Origin: Enterobacteria phage IME10
Strand: one strand, 5' to 3'
Sequence record: NC_019501.1
DNA length: 39,646 nucleotides
A model generated the notes under the pieces. It worked only from the letters and a program-made list of their open reading frames with translations. It did not search any database and had not been told where the DNA came from. Each line of letters begins with the position of its first letter. The stretch's first letter is position 1. The position numbers were made by a program, and so were the translations under genes. Below, piece after piece: positions 39,257 through 39,646 of this stretch.

Positions 39257-39472
39257 TTAATGTTTGTCAGTGAATGGTTTCTCCATCTCCATTAATGCCT
39301 TATTCATCTCATTTCGTAACTCTATAGCCATCCTGACGGCTTCAACTTGTGCAGGATGTCGGTTAATTGCTGGAGAATATCGTCGGGAACGAAGGATTGA
39401 GAAAACAAAGATAATGCAAGCAACTATCTGAATTGCATTGCATGTTATTGATACAATGTGAATTGCAGCCAT
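39257..39472 (-). CDS. Hypothetical small membrane protein (71 aa)
   Basis: Track ORF with hydrophobic N-terminus (IVACIIFVFSIL); preceded on the minus strand by a terminator hairpin. Confidence 0.4.
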   Translation of the reverse strand: MAAIHIVSITCNAIQIVACIIFVFSILRSRRYSPAINRHPAQVEAVRMAIELRNEMNKALMEMEKPFTDKH

Positions 39473-39483
39473 CTACTACCCCC

Positions 39484-39506
39484 AAAAAAACCGCCATCAG
39501 GCGGCT
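39484..39506 (-). terminator. Rho-independent terminator upstream of the 71-aa ORF
   Basis: Minus strand has AAGCCGCC-TGAT-GGCGG hairpin followed by T7. Confidence 0.45.
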
Positions 39507-39547
39507 TGGTGTTCTTTCATTTCTTCAATTCGAATATTGGTTACGTC

Positions 39548-39646
39548 TTATTCGATGCGCAATCCTGGTATTTCGCCTTTTGATATTGCTAAGTCATAAA
39601 TTTGCGCAGCACTATACCCATCTCGCATCCATGAATCTAAGGCGCG
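39548..39646 (-). CDS. 3' end of a minus-strand gene entering from beyond the window end (partial)
   Basis: Hand translation gives ...RALDSWMRDGYSAAQIYDLAISKGEIPGLRIE and a stop at 39548-39550; open to the window edge. Confidence 0.3.
   Translation of the reverse strand, partial: RALDSWMRDGYSAAQIYDLAISKGEIPGLRIE

Overview
The window reads as an almost complete temperate lambdoid phage genome with a mosaic of P22-like and lambda-like modules, in phage (circular) permutation rather than an attL-to-attR prophage. From left to right: (1) 1-7425, a leftward early operon on the minus strand with small genes, an Ea22-like gene, an HNH endonuclease, SSB, a Rad52-family annealase, kil, cIII and antiterminator N; (2) 7426-9130, nutL, OL/pL, a P22-type c2 repressor, OR/pR, cro, nutR and cII; (3) 9165-15652, a replication initiator with internal ori iterons, a DnaB-type helicase, a nin region (ninB, Dam-like methyltransferase, ninE, ninF, ninG, ninH, phosphatase) and Q; (4) 15653-17679, pR', a short 6S-like transcript, tR' and a lambda-type lysis cassette S-R-Rz/Rz1; (5) 17758-19276, three accessory ORFs in the lysis-to-terminase slot; (6) 19312-33457, a P22-type virion module (terS, terL, portal, scaffold, coat, gp4, gp10, gp26, gp14, three ejection proteins); (7) 33547-35749, an orphan mnt repressor and a chimeric tailspike; (8) 35994-37460, an AT-rich cargo ORF; (9) 37505-39646, integrase, a repeat-rich candidate att region, xis and further early-left genes. 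All protein assignments rest on reading the supplied translations against remembered family sequences and motifs; no database search was run. The most interesting candidates are the AT-rich cargo ORF beside the integrase, the accessory island after Rz, the EP-repeat ORF between coat and gp4, the orphan mnt with a palindrome in front of the tailspike, and the repeat cluster between xis and int.
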